Assembly (NCBI GenBank): GCA_963799485.1
Contig: CAWCXJ010000006.1
Coordinates: 160,001-224,000, forward strand
From: an uncultured Trueperaceae bacterium
GTDB taxonomy: Bacteria; Deinococcota; Deinococci; Deinococcales; Trueperaceae
Direction: 5' to 3'
DNA: 64,000 nucleotides
Shown in pieces: positions 19,441 through 30,020 of the stretch (positions are counted from its first letter, which is position 1; every line of letters starts with the position of its first letter). The translations under genes and the position numbers were made by a program. Under the pieces are notes generated by a model. That model saw only the letters and a program-made list of their open reading frames with translations. It did not search any database and was not told the DNA's origin.

Positions 19441-20388
19441 ATGTCTAACCCGCCTCCGCGTCTTATGCTCTCCGGCGACAGCAGCCCCGGTCAGGTACGC
19501 GCGGCCAATCAGGACAGCTTCTTTTTAGGCGCGACTCCATACGGGGCGCTTGCACTCGTCGCCGACGGGATGGGGGGGCACGTCAGCGGTGAACGCGCCA
19601 GCCGCAAAGCCCGCGACGCGCTCGTGCAGGCGCTTAAAAACGGTTCCAAGTACCCGCCCCTGGCGATTGCCCGGGCGGTGCAGCGCGCCAACTTGGAGAT
19701 ATTCGACCACGCGGCGGCCCACCCGGAAGATCATGGGATGGGGACGACGCTGACGCTCGTGCTTATCGACGACCATCTGGCGCTCGTCGGGCATGTGGGG
19801 GACTCACGGGCGTACCTCATTCGGGACGGGACGATTACCCAACTTACCCGCGACCACTCGTGGGTCGCCGACCGGGTGCGGCAGGGCCTTTTAAGTGGGG
19901 ACGAGGCGCGGCGACATCAGTGGCGCAACATCATCACCAACTCGGTCGGTACGCAGCCGACGCTCAGGCTCGAGCTGTCTGCCCTGACGTTGCAAGCGGG
20001 CGACCGACTGCTGCTCTGCAGCGACGGCCTCAGCCTGCTTTTAGCAGACGAACTGCTCCTCCAGATTGTTCAGCAGACCCCGCTCGAGGACGCTGCCCGC
20101 GAACTCGTCCGCCGCGCCGACGAACGCGGCAGCCCGGACAATGTAACGGCGCTCGTTTTGGAGGTCGCGGAGGTCGCCCCTCGGCCCAAAGCGTACACGC
20201 TACCCGCCGAGATGCCCGTGTCGGTCACGCTCGGTGAAGGTCCGGAAGGTCTTGCCGCCGTCGAAGCGGCGTTTAGCTACCGGGGCCGTTCGGCTCGCCT
20301 CAGGCGGCATCCGCTCTGGCCCTACCGCTGGTGGCTGCTGGGCTGCCTTTCGCTGCTGGCGCTGTTTGCTTTTTTCAGCTTTCGCTAG
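19441..20388 (+). CDS. PP2C-type Ser/Thr phosphatase with C-terminal TM segment
   Basis: NQD, VADGMGGH, HVGDSRAY, CSDGL, DNVT. Confidence 0.92.
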   Translation: MSNPPPRLMLSGDSSPGQVRAANQDSFFLGATPYGALALVADGMGGHVSGERASRKARDALVQALKNGSKYPPLAIARAVQRANLEIFDHAAAHPEDHGMGTTLTLVLIDDHLALVGHVGDSRAYLIRDGTITQLTRDHSWVADRVRQGLLSGDEARRHQWRNIITNSVGTQPTLRLELSALTLQAGDRLLLCSDGLSLLLADELLLQIVQQTPLEDAARELVRRADERGSPDNVTALVLEVAEVAPRPKAYTLPAEMPVSVTLGEGPEGLAAVEAAFSYRGRSARLRRHPLWPYRWWLLGCLSLLALFAFFSFR

Positions 20389-20424
20389 GCTCGTCCAACT
20401 CTCGAAAACTTGTATGCTAAACCC

Positions 20425-20803
20425 ATGCGAAACCCTGTCCAGACCGACCACGCCCCCGCTGCTATCGGCCCTTACGCGCAGGCTGTCCGGGTCGACAACC
20501 TGCTCTTTACCTCGGGTCAGATTCCGCTCAGGCCCGACGGCACACTTTTAGAGGGCGACGTCCGGGCGCAAACCGAGCAAGTGCTTAAAAACCTTCGGGC
20601 GGTGCTCGAAGCGGGGGGCTCGAGCCTCGCCAACGTCGTGAAATGCACCTGTTTTTTAGCCGATATGGGCGACTTTGCGGCGATGAACGAGGTTTACGGG
20701 ACGTTTTTCGGCGACAGTCCACCTGCCCGGAGCGCCGTCGAGGTCGCGCGGTCTACCTCGGGACGTAAAGATCGAAATCGAAGCAGTGGCGAGTACAGGG
20801 TAA
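20425..20803 (+). pseudogene. ridA: RidA family enamine deaminase with a +1 frameshift near the C-terminus
   Basis: APAAIGPYAQAV, SGQIP, PARSAVEVAR; the conserved tail LPRDVKIEIEAVA continues in the shifted frame from about 20750. Confidence 0.8.
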
Positions 20804-21116
20804 ACTCAAGCTGCCCACTGCCGAACCCGGCTGCCCGGCGACCCGTTCCGACCTCGCGTACCCAACAAACGCAGCGCCTACAGCTTGGCGTAGCAAGAAC
20901 AGGCCGGGACGTAAAGGCGCGGCGACAGAGAACGCCGGAGAAAACGTCGGCGGGTTTTTACGGCGCGAGTAGGGCCTTACTCTGCCAAGCATAACGTTGC
21001 TAAAGGTAAAGCCCCCGCCCCCCGTGCGATGAGACGTGCGGAGGCTAGATTACTGTAGGCTCTTTTTGGCTCGGAAAACGTAAAAAACTGCACAGGCCGC
21101 GCAGGCAAACGGCTCT

Positions 21117-21398
21117 TCAAGCAGCGATGGGGTTTGTTTCTTTTTCGGCGGTCTCACGGCTTTTAAGGACGCTGTTCTTTTGAACCTCGAGCAGCGCCAG
21201 CGGCGACTGTCTAAAAACCTCGCCGAACAAAAACGCGACGTCTGCCGTCAGGATTTGCGCGCCGCTGAGGAGCTGAACGATGAAGTCCGGCTCGAGCCGA
21301 GTTGCCTCAGCTAGTCCGGCAATGCTGAGTTCGTGTGCTTGGAGTAACGTATTCAAGTAGGTGCCGAAGTGTTTAGGTGTCGCCGCCGACTGCCCCAT
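21117..21398 (-). CDS. XRE/HigA-like helix-turn-helix protein
   Basis: HFGTYL...LSIAGLAEAT...LLSGAQILTADVAFLFGEVF resembles HigA-type HTH proteins. Confidence 0.6.
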   Translation of the reverse strand: MGQSAATPKHFGTYLNTLLQAHELSIAGLAEATRLEPDFIVQLLSGAQILTADVAFLFGEVFRQSPLALLEVQKNSVLKSRETAEKETNPIAA

Positions 21399-21733
21399 AT
21401 TTCCCCTTTTTAATGCTGCTTGGGTCCCCCGCCAGCATCATTCAAGGGTATATACACTGTGTCGGCTGAACTGTGTAATAGTTCGCGCTTCACCTTCACA
21501 TTTTCTTCATAAACGCCCCGACACAAGGACGCCGGAACAATGAGCTGGTATCAGCTGCAGCTACGCCACAAGCTGCAGGGTTGAAGGCTTTACAGTTTGC
21601 AGGGGCCTACGCCTGTTCAGGCCGGAACACCGTCTCACCGAAGCTGTCGTTTTAGAATCGCAACAACCATAGGACAGTAAAGTGGTACGGTCGTAGGTAG
21701 GTACCCAATACCAGGGGTGGATTACTGAGCAAA

Positions 21734-21786
21734 CACAAGACAGCAGGCACAAGACAGCAGGCACAAGACAGCAGACGCAAGACAGC
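21734..21786. repeat. 14-bp tandem repeat, about 4 copies (CACAAGACAGCAGG)
   Basis: Units start at 21734, 21748, 21762 and 21776. Confidence 0.9.
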
Positions 21787-21827
21787 TGAGGCGGCCCGCA
21801 GGGTCGAAACGAAGCTGTGTTCTTTCT

Positions 21828-21857
21828 GCACACCCAAGCGACGCACACCCAAGCGAC
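21828..21857. repeat. Exact 15-bp tandem duplication (GCACACCCAAGCGAC)
   Basis: Two identical adjacent copies. Confidence 0.9.
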
Positions 21858-21934
21858 CTCGAGCCGCGCGCAAACCGGAGCAGCCTGAATATGTGTCATT
21901 TTTTTGTAATACTTGCGCCTTTATAATCGTCCGT

Positions 21935-24634
21935 GTGACGACGCCCGACTATCCCAAAGATAAAGCTCGCTTGCACGAGTTGAGGCGTTACCGGATTCTG
22001 GACACCGAACCTGAAGCTGCGTTCGAGCGTATCATCGGGCTCGCGCAGCGACTTTTTGGCGTGCCTACCGTCTTGGTCAACTTTATCGCCGAAGACCGGG
22101 GCTGGTCCAAAGCCGGCTGCGGAACCGAAGCCTTTGGGGCCGACCTCGAGCCCGCGTTTTGCCGCTACGTGGTCGAGCAGGGCAACGTGCTGGTCGTCCC
22201 GGACGCCCGCAAAGACCCGCGTTTTAGCGGGGTAGACTGCGTAACCTCCGCGCCGTTTATCCGTTTTTACGCGGGCGTGCCTCTGACGACGCCGCGCGGC
22301 TACCACCTCGGGACGCTCTGTCTTATCGACCGTGTGCCCCGCACCGACTTCGGCGACAAGGCACAAAAGACACTTGTAGACCTCGCCGCGTTGGTCGCCG
22401 ACGAGCTCGAGCTGCGCCTCCTCGCCCATGAGAGCCGCACGCACTCGGAACGTATCACCACGGTTTTTGAAAGCATCACCGACGCGTTTTACACGCTCGA
22501 CCACGCGTGGCGCTTTACCTACCTGAACACCCAGACCGAACGGCTTCTCAGACGCAGCGCCGCTGAACTACTCGGGCAGGAGCTGTGGACGGCGTTTCCC
22601 GAAGTGAAGGATTCGCTGCTCGAGCACACCTACCGCGAGGCGGTTCAAACGGGTACGGCTGCCGCTTTCGAGTTCTTTTTCCCGCCGCTAGCAGGTTGGT
22701 ATGAGGTTCGCGCTCACCCTTCTAGTGGCGGCTTGTCCGTCTATTTTCAGGACATCAGCGGTCGTAAAGTGGCGGAGCGGCGCGCCGAGCTGCACGCGGA
22801 ATTTCGCCGCAGCTTGCTCAGCTTTACCCAGACGTCGCTGCAACGCGGGCTTGGTGAGGAATTTTATCAGACGCTTTTAGAGAACGCGGTTAAAACGATT
22901 CCCGGCGCGCAGGCCGGCAGTCTGCTGCTCAAAAAAGGCGAGGGGCATCATTTTGTCGCCGCCGTCGGGTTCGACCTTGCGGCGCTGCAACGCTGCACCT
23001 TTTCTGCAGAAGATTTTATCTTCGATCTCAACTTGCCCGAACCGCAGCTCGTTTACGCGTGGCAGGTCGAGGCACTCGACGACGAGCAGCGTCAGGTTAT
23101 GGAAAAGCACGGGTTGTCCAACGATATCGCCGTATCGCTCTGTTTACCGATCCTCGTCGAAGGGCAGACCGTGTTGTCGCTCTACCTAGACAACTTCGAC
23201 ACCAAAGATGCTTTTGACGAAGACGCGGTCGAGATGGCCCGCGTTTTGGCGCAGCAAGCGGCGGCCTTGATGCAGCGTATGGAGTTAGAGACGACCTTGA
23301 AAAAGCAGGGGGAAGCGCTCGAGCAACTTGCTCACTACGACCCTACGACAGGTCTGCCCAACCGCCGGCTACTCAACGACCGGCTCGAGCAGGCCGCGGC
23401 GCAGGCGCGGCGGCACGCCCGGCCGCTGACGGTGATGTTTCTCGACCTCGACAACTTCAAGCAGATTAACGATACCTACGGGCACGCTTTCGGGGACAGC
23501 TTGATCGAGGCGGTCGCGACCCGTCTGGCCTGCAGCGTTCGTGAGGGCGACACGCTGGCGCGCTGGGGTGGCGACGAGTTTACAATCGTTTTACCCGACT
23601 TAGGTGATGTGCGTGAGGTCACCGCACTTGCCGAACGGCTGCTCGAAGGGCTGCGCCGACCTTTTTTGCTGGAGGGTCGCTGGATTCGTACAAACGCCAG
23701 CATCGGCATCGACGTTTGCCCCAACGGGCTGGCGACCGCCGCCGACCTCATCAAAAATGCCGACATCGCGCTCTACCGTGCCAAGGCCAACCGGGGCAGC
23801 TTTGAGTTTTTTACCGACCGGATGAAGGAGAAGTTGCGCGCCCGGGTCGAGCTTGGCGAGGACTTGAGAACAGCGCTCGAGCGGGGTGCGCTTACGCTGC
23901 ACTACCAACCTCGTATCGATCTGGTAACGGGCGAGGTCGCAAGCCTCGAGGCGCTCGCCCGCTGGGTTCACCCGGGCAGGGGTGCGGTTCCGCCGGGGCG
24001 TTTTATCCCGCTCGCCGAGGAGCTGGGACTGATCCGGCAGTTAGGAGCCCAGGTTTTGGACAAGGCGTGCGCCCAGGCCAAGGTCTGGCAGGACGCCGGG
24101 CTTGGGCGGCGGGTTGCCGTCAACTTGTCCGTCGAGCAGCTTAGCCACCCTGGGGTCGTGGCGGAGGTGCAAGCGGCGCTGCGTCGGCACGCACTCCCCC
24201 CCGAACTGCTCGAGCTGGAGATCACCGAGAGCACCGCTATGACCAACGTCGAGGAGAGTATCGAAAAGCTCCGGCAACTCCGTGACACCGGCATACACCT
24301 GGCTATCGACGATTTCGGTACGGCGTATTCGTCGCTCGCGTATCTCAACCGTTTACCGGTTCACAGCCTTAAAATCGACCGCTCGTTCATCCAGAATATG
24401 GGCGTCGCCACGCAGACCGAACAAGGCAGCTTCAAGATCGTCCAGGCGATCCTTGCGCTCGGTAAGAGCCTGGGGCTCTGCGTCGTGGCTGAAGGTGTGG
24501 AAACGGAGGCGCAGCGCCTGGCCTTGTCAGCGTTCGGGTGTGACGAGGCGCAGGGGTACCTGTTCGCCAAACCGCTGCCTGCCGACGAAGCCTATAAACT
24601 CTTGACCGGAAAATCCCTGCTCGCCTGTAGTTAA
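21935..24634 (+). CDS. GAF-PAS-GAF-GGDEF-EAL diguanylate cyclase/phosphodiesterase
   Basis: IRFYAGVPL (GAF), PAS region, WGGDEF, EALARW, LEITES, IDDFGT, AEGVET; TATAAT 7 nt before GTG. Confidence 0.93.
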   Translation: MTTPDYPKDKARLHELRRYRILDTEPEAAFERIIGLAQRLFGVPTVLVNFIAEDRGWSKAGCGTEAFGADLEPAFCRYVVEQGNVLVVPDARKDPRFSGVDCVTSAPFIRFYAGVPLTTPRGYHLGTLCLIDRVPRTDFGDKAQKTLVDLAALVADELELRLLAHESRTHSERITTVFESITDAFYTLDHAWRFTYLNTQTERLLRRSAAELLGQELWTAFPEVKDSLLEHTYREAVQTGTAAAFEFFFPPLAGWYEVRAHPSSGGLSVYFQDISGRKVAERRAELHAEFRRSLLSFTQTSLQRGLGEEFYQTLLENAVKTIPGAQAGSLLLKKGEGHHFVAAVGFDLAALQRCTFSAEDFIFDLNLPEPQLVYAWQVEALDDEQRQVMEKHGLSNDIAVSLCLPILVEGQTVLSLYLDNFDTKDAFDEDAVEMARVLAQQAAALMQRMELETTLKKQGEALEQLAHYDPTTGLPNRRLLNDRLEQAAAQARRHARPLTVMFLDLDNFKQINDTYGHAFGDSLIEAVATRLACSVREGDTLARWGGDEFTIVLPDLGDVREVTALAERLLEGLRRPFLLEGRWIRTNASIGIDVCPNGLATAADLIKNADIALYRAKANRGSFEFFTDRMKEKLRARVELGEDLRTALERGALTLHYQPRIDLVTGEVASLEALARWVHPGRGAVPPGRFIPLAEELGLIRQLGAQVLDKACAQAKVWQDAGLGRRVAVNLSVEQLSHPGVVAEVQAALRRHALPPELLELEITESTAMTNVEESIEKLRQLRDTGIHLAIDDFGTAYSSLAYLNRLPVHSLKIDRSFIQNMGVATQTEQGSFKIVQAILALGKSLGLCVVAEGVETEAQRLALSAFGCDEAQGYLFAKPLPADEAYKLLTGKSLLACS

Positions 24635-25028
24635 GGCTGGCAATTTCTCGCAGTAAGATAACGCTAACTTGACGGCAGTAGGTAGACACCGGTACAGGGG
24701 TTGTCCGGAACGCACTTCAAAGTCGGCTACTGCAAGCACGCGCACCCCGGACGCCAAGGTCGTTGCCGGCAACGCGCGGAAGTAGCCGCGTCCGCCAAGG
24801 CGTTCGTAACGTCTACCGGCAAGTCCGGCGCGCGCCCGAAACAGCCCCGCCCGCGACAAGATCAGCTCGCTACTCACAATCTGACATGAAGGCTCGAGCG
24901 GTGTTGGTCTATCCCTGTACCGAATACCGCGTGTGCGCGTTTTACCGGCTGGAGCTACTTGGGGAACGCGCAGCCGTTACAAAGCCCCTGCGTTTACGCC
25001 CGTAAACTGAGCTTATGGCAGGTCAACC

Positions 25029-25892
25029 GTGACGCTTTCAACCTCGGTCCGTGCCAAAGCGCACGCGCACCTTGCGCTGGCCCGCATTTCAAATGCGCCT
25101 ACGGTCGTCAGCAACGTTTTGGCGGGCGTCGCGCTAGCAGGCGCGACTTCTCCCGTGACCCTCGGCGCAACGCTGCTGCTGGCCCTGGCGATGGTGCTTT
25201 ACTACACTGCCGGAATGTACCTAAACGACCTGTTCGACTTGGGGGTTGACCGGCTCGAGCGCCCCGAGCGTCCGCTACCCTCAGGCCGTTTGACGCAAAC
25301 CGAAGCCCTGGGGACGACGGTTCTGCTCTTTAGTATCGGCACGTTTTGTTTGTCGCTTTTAGGCGCCGCGCCCCTAATCAGTGGTCTCGTGCTGGTCGCT
25401 CTGATCGTGTTTTACGATGCGTGGCACAAGACGAACCCGCTCAGCCCGGTGCTGATGGCGAGTACGCGGGTGATGGTCTATTTTACGGCGTTCGTCGCCT
25501 TTGCCCCGGCGCTCACCTTCGCCCTGCTCTTCTGGGCGCTGCTGCTCGGGCTCTATATCGTCGGTCTGACCTATATCGCCAAAACCGAAACCGACACCCT
25601 GACCGGCTACTGGCCCGCGGCGCTGCTCTACCTGCCTGCGCTTATCGGCGCGCTCGCCCTGCCCTGGGCGGGGTTCTGGCTGCCGCTCGCGCTGGCGCTG
25701 TGGGTTACCTACAGCGCGTCGTTCGTCTATCTGTCGCGGCGAGTCGGGCAGGCCATCGGTCAGCTGATCGCCGGGGTTTCGCTCCTAGACGCGCTCGTGA
25801 TTATGCTTTTTGGTACGGCGGGCGGCGTGGTCTGGGCGCTCTCGGCGTTTGCCTTGACGCTTTTGCTGCAGCGCTACATCCGGGGAACGTAA
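25029..25892 (+). CDS. eboC: UbiA-family prenyltransferase, EboC-like
   Basis: ARISNAPTVVSNVLAG, YLNDLFD...DRLERPERPLPSG, YDAWHK, IAGVSLLDA. Confidence 0.75.
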   Translation: MTLSTSVRAKAHAHLALARISNAPTVVSNVLAGVALAGATSPVTLGATLLLALAMVLYYTAGMYLNDLFDLGVDRLERPERPLPSGRLTQTEALGTTVLLFSIGTFCLSLLGAAPLISGLVLVALIVFYDAWHKTNPLSPVLMASTRVMVYFTAFVAFAPALTFALLFWALLLGLYIVGLTYIAKTETDTLTGYWPAALLYLPALIGALALPWAGFWLPLALALWVTYSASFVYLSRRVGQAIGQLIAGVSLLDALVIMLFGTAGGVVWALSAFALTLLLQRYIRGT

Positions 25893-25902
25893 GGAGTTGG
25901 AA

Positions 25903-27318
25903 ATGCAAAAAACAGTTGTGCTCAACGTCGTCGGCCTCACCCCTGAACTGATCGGCGACCATACACCGAAGATAAAAACGTTTGCTGAACGGGGCAAGCT
26001 CGCCACCATCGAAGAGGTCGTCCCGGCCGTGACGTGCAGCGCGCACGCCACCTATTTGACCGGCACATTGCCTGATGAGCACGGCATCGTCGGGAACGGC
26101 TGGTACTTCCGCGACGAGTGCGACGTACGGTTTTGGCACCGCTCGGACAAACTCATCCAAAGACCCCGGCTTTGGGACGTCGCGCGGGCTTTCGAGCCGG
26201 ACTTTACGGTGGCGAACCTGCACTGGCGTTACGCGACCTATTCGTCGGCGGATTACGCCGTCATCGAACGCCCGATGTACCCCGCCGACGGGCGCAAGCT
26301 CCCGGACATCTACGCGTGGCCGCACGACCTGCGCGGTGAACTTGTCAAAGAACTCGGCGATTTTCCGCTGTTCAACTTCTGGGGGCCGAACAGCAGCATC
26401 AAGGGGAGCCGCTGGATTGCCGGCGCTGCCAAGTTCGTCGATACAAAGCACGACCCGACCCTGACGCTCGTGTACCTGCCGCACCTCGACTACGCTCTGC
26501 AGCGGTTCGGGCCGGATATACCCAAGGTGGCGCAGGATTTGCGCGACATCGACGCGGTAACAGGTGACCTTATCGACTTTTACGAGGCGAAAGGCGCGCA
26601 GATCACGCTTGTTTCGGAATACGGCATCGACTTTGTGGACAAGCCGGTTCACCTCAACCGGATGCTCCGCGAACAGGGGCTCTTGAGTCTCCGTGAAGAG
26701 CTGGGTTTGGAGCAGATCAACTTCGGGATGAGCGAGGCGTTTGCAGTCGCCGACCATCAAATTGCCCACGTGTACGTAAACAATCCTGAAAAATCAGGTC
26801 GGGTGCGCGGGCTACTCGAGTCCACCCCCGGCGTCGCCGAAGTGCTGGACCGCGAGGGGCAGAAAAAGTACGGGCTTAGTCACCCCCGCGCCGGCGACCT
26901 CGTCGCGCTCGCCGAACCCGGCGCCTGGTTTACCTACTACTACTGGCAAGACGACCGAAAAGCGCCCGACTTCGCCCGCACGGTGGACATTCACCGCAAA
27001 CCCGGTTACGACCCCGCCGAGCTGTTTATGAACCCCGCGCTCAAAAATCCCAAACTTAAAGCCGCCGGGGTTGTAGCTAAAAAGAAACTCGGCTTTCGCT
27101 ACCTGATGGACGTGATCGGTCTCGACGCGACGCTCGTGCGGGGTTCGCACGGTCTTCGGAGCCGCACCGCAGCAAAAGCGCCGGTTTTTGTAACGCAGCA
27201 AACGCAGCAGCTGCCGCAAGACCGCATCGGCGCGACCGACGTGTTCGAGCTTATCCTAAGTCACCTGGGCGTCGCCGAACCGCTTTTGGAGCGTAAAGCT
27301 TCGGCGGTGCCGCGCTGA
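25903..27318 (+). CDS. eboF: Alkaline phosphatase/nucleotide pyrophosphatase family protein, EboF-like
   Basis: PAVTC, HGIVGNGWYFR, YLPHLDY, DHQIAHVY, PDFARTVDIHRKPGYDP, GSHG. Confidence 0.8.
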   Translation: MQKTVVLNVVGLTPELIGDHTPKIKTFAERGKLATIEEVVPAVTCSAHATYLTGTLPDEHGIVGNGWYFRDECDVRFWHRSDKLIQRPRLWDVARAFEPDFTVANLHWRYATYSSADYAVIERPMYPADGRKLPDIYAWPHDLRGELVKELGDFPLFNFWGPNSSIKGSRWIAGAAKFVDTKHDPTLTLVYLPHLDYALQRFGPDIPKVAQDLRDIDAVTGDLIDFYEAKGAQITLVSEYGIDFVDKPVHLNRMLREQGLLSLREELGLEQINFGMSEAFAVADHQIAHVYVNNPEKSGRVRGLLESTPGVAEVLDREGQKKYGLSHPRAGDLVALAEPGAWFTYYYWQDDRKAPDFARTVDIHRKPGYDPAELFMNPALKNPKLKAAGVVAKKKLGFRYLMDVIGLDATLVRGSHGLRSRTAAKAPVFVTQQTQQLPQDRIGATDVFELILSHLGVAEPLLERKASAVPR

Positions 27319-27329
27319 GCACCGCCTGC

Positions 27330-28676
27330 TTACGAAGGGGCGCTCGAGCCCTCGGCCTCGGACTGGCGCCCTTGTGCGCGAATAAACCACCACTCGCCGC
27401 CGAAGATCAGCACCAACCCCGCCACCGCGATACCGAGTACCGTAGGGTCGGACTGCGCCTTGACCGCTAAAAATGCGCCCAGCACGACCACATCGAGAAC
27501 CATCGCCGTAATCAGCACCCACGCCTTGGCTTTTACGTCCTCGCGTGTATAGCGCAGCACCCCCCACTGCACCGCGATGTCCATGATGATGTAAAAGATC
27601 GCCCCGAGCGAGGCGATCCGGCTGAGGTCGAAAAATACGGTCAAGAGCATGGCGATTAGAGTGGTGTAGAGAAGCGTGTGCGCCTGCGTATCACCGGGTA
27701 AGCCGAAACCCCGGTACGGCGCGAGTCTCATATCGGTGAGCATGGCGAGCATCCGCGACACCGCAAACACACTTGCAATCACGCCCGATACGGTAGCGAC
27801 GATCGCGAAGCCGACGGTGAGCCATAAACCGGCCTGACCGAAAGCGGGTCTCGAGGCTTGCGCGAGCGAATAATCTTTCGCCTGCACGATTTCCTGAATC
27901 CCTAGATTGCTCCCGACCGCGAGCGTCACGAGCAGATACACCACCACGCAGATACTTATAGAAACGATGATAGCTCGTCCCACGTTCTTGTGCGGTTTTT
28001 TAATCTCGCCGCCGCTGTTGGTAATCGTCGTAAACCCTTTGTAACCCAGAAGTGCTAAAGCGACCGCACCTAAAAAGCCGCCGGCACTCGTTCCGGTCGG
28101 GCTTAAAGAGACACTCTCGAACGAGAACCCGGCGGCCCACAAACCGCCGCCTGCGAGCAGCAGCAAACCGCCGATTTTGATAAACGCCATGACGAACGAA
28201 AAGCTCTGGATAAACTTGTTGCTCAAAATATTGATAAAAAAAGCGAAGACGAGCAGCCCGACGCCGAGTGCCGGAACCAGCCAGCTGTTCTCGCCGACGT
28301 CAAACAGCTGGAGCGTATACGTTCCGAACGTTCTGGCGACGAGGCTTTCGTTAATCACCATCGAAAAATACATCAGGAGGGCGCTCGCCCCCGTAACAGC
28401 CGTTTTGCCGTAAGCTTTTTGCAAGATCATCGCAATACCGCCCGCCGACGGATACGCGTTCGACATTTTTACATACGAGTAGGCGCTAAAGCCCGCGACC
28501 AAGGCCGCCGCGAGAAAGGCAAAGGGAAACCATTTGCCCGCGAGTTCGGCGACTTGTCCGGTCAAGGCGAAGATACCCGCGCCGATCATCACGCCCGTGC
28601 CCATCGACACCGCGCCGGTCAGCGACAGGCTGTTCTGCTGATAGCCCGAAGATTGTTCGTTGTTTTCTTTTGTCAT
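27330..28676 (-). CDS. APC family amino acid permease
   Basis: GTGVMIGAGIFAL, YPSAGG; multi-pass hydrophobic profile. Confidence 0.9.
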   Translation of the reverse strand: MTKENNEQSSGYQQNSLSLTGAVSMGTGVMIGAGIFALTGQVAELAGKWFPFAFLAAALVAGFSAYSYVKMSNAYPSAGGIAMILQKAYGKTAVTGASALLMYFSMVINESLVARTFGTYTLQLFDVGENSWLVPALGVGLLVFAFFINILSNKFIQSFSFVMAFIKIGGLLLLAGGGLWAAGFSFESVSLSPTGTSAGGFLGAVALALLGYKGFTTITNSGGEIKKPHKNVGRAIIVSISICVVVYLLVTLAVGSNLGIQEIVQAKDYSLAQASRPAFGQAGLWLTVGFAIVATVSGVIASVFAVSRMLAMLTDMRLAPYRGFGLPGDTQAHTLLYTTLIAMLLTVFFDLSRIASLGAIFYIIMDIAVQWGVLRYTREDVKAKAWVLITAMVLDVVVLGAFLAVKAQSDPTVLGIAVAGLVLIFGGEWWFIRAQGRQSEAEGSSAPS

Positions 28677-29024
28677 AACTCGCCCCTTTAGCAACCGGTT
28701 TGGTGCTTTCGAGTTTTGCTCGAGCAGGTCAACACGGTCGGGTCAACGGTAGATTGCCGGGTTGGTGTGACGCGGCGCCGGGTAGTTTCAGCTACTCAGC
28801 TTTTTATATTACCTCGTCAGCGAGATATTGACCGAGTAAGGGCTGTCTAAGCCAAGCCGACGCGATGAGCGCGCGCCGTGAAGTCACACGCTGGTGAAGG
28901 GCAGAAGCGAGATCTCTCTGGTCTTGCACCTGACTTCCCGAAGCCGGTACAGCGGTGGGACAAACCAGCGGTGGGACAAAACGAAACCGAAAGGACGATA
29001 AATTCGGAGGTTGACTGTGCTGTA

Positions 29025-30020
29025 ATGGCTGTCATGGCTACTTTGCTTATCGGGCTCGGTCTGGGCCTCCTGATCCTCACCCTTTTCGATCTCATCAAGA
29101 CGACCCTGGTCTCGAGCCCTTACGGTGGGCCGCTGACGGCTCGGGTCGCGCAGGGTGTCTGGTCGGCGTTCGTGCGCCTTTCGGGTAACCGGCGCAACCC
29201 CTTTACCGGGCCTAGCGTTCTGCTCGCGATGCTGCTGACCTGGCTGCTCTTCTCGTGGACGGGCTGGACGCTGCTTTTTTCGGCTCTGCCGGACGCTGTT
29301 GTCGAGGCGCAAAGCGGGCGACTTGCAAACTTTCCCGAGCGCGTCTACTTCACCGGGTACAGCCTGTTTACCCTAGGTGTAGGCGATTACCGCCCGGTGG
29401 GAGCCGTATGGCAAGTGGCAACCGTGCTGTGCGCCGCACAGGGTTTCGTAGTCATCACCTTGTCGATCACCTACATCGTGCCTATCGTTTCAGCGGTAAC
29501 GCAAAAACGTCAGCTGGCGGTACTGATTTCGCAGCTCGGCACAAGTCCGGAGCTTATCGTGACAACCGCCTGGAACGGTCGGACTTTCGGTTGGCTCGAG
29601 TCGCAACTTGTCAACCTGTTGCCCCTACTCGCTGAGCTGCACCTCCAACACGACGCCTATCCGGTGCTGCACTACTTTAACGACGCCAAGCGTAAACAGG
29701 CCGTCGTAGCGGCCCTCGCTGCTTTAGACGACGCCCTGATGCTCCTTCAGCTCGCCGTTTATGAAGAGGCCCGACCCGACGCGAACGTACTCAGATCGGT
29801 GCGTCAGGCGGTCGGGGATTATCTGGCGACGCTTGCGGCCGTTCACGTCCGGGCGGCGCAGGCACCCCCGCCACTTCCCTCACTTGTACCGCTCCGCAGC
29901 GCCGGTATCCCGGTCGTTTCGGAAGCCGATTTCCTTCGCGCGGGTCTTGAAGAGCACCGGCGGCGACTCCTGCTGGCACTGCTGGAACGTGATGGTTGGT
30001 CGTGGTACGGCGGGGAATAG
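29025..30020 (+). CDS. Two-TM potassium channel family protein (start 29025 or 29034)
   Basis: Pore motif VYFTGYSLFTLGVGDYRP between TM segments; YPVLHYF in the C-terminal region. Confidence 0.8.
   Translation: MAVMATLLIGLGLGLLILTLFDLIKTTLVSSPYGGPLTARVAQGVWSAFVRLSGNRRNPFTGPSVLLAMLLTWLLFSWTGWTLLFSALPDAVVEAQSGRLANFPERVYFTGYSLFTLGVGDYRPVGAVWQVATVLCAAQGFVVITLSITYIVPIVSAVTQKRQLAVLISQLGTSPELIVTTAWNGRTFGWLESQLVNLLPLLAELHLQHDAYPVLHYFNDAKRKQAVVAALAALDDALMLLQLAVYEEARPDANVLRSVRQAVGDYLATLAAVHVRAAQAPPPLPSLVPLRSAGIPVVSEADFLRAGLEEHRRRLLLALLERDGWSWYGGE

Noticed and set aside
21653..21727. Small RNA after TAGAAT (CAGTAA/TTACTG and TGGTA/TACCA pairing)
   Set aside because: The stems are short, there is no terminator and no family match; too weak to call.
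24527..24889. Short ORFs between the GGDEF-EAL gene and eboC
   Set aside because: No motifs or convincing start signals; they do not resemble the missing ebo genes.
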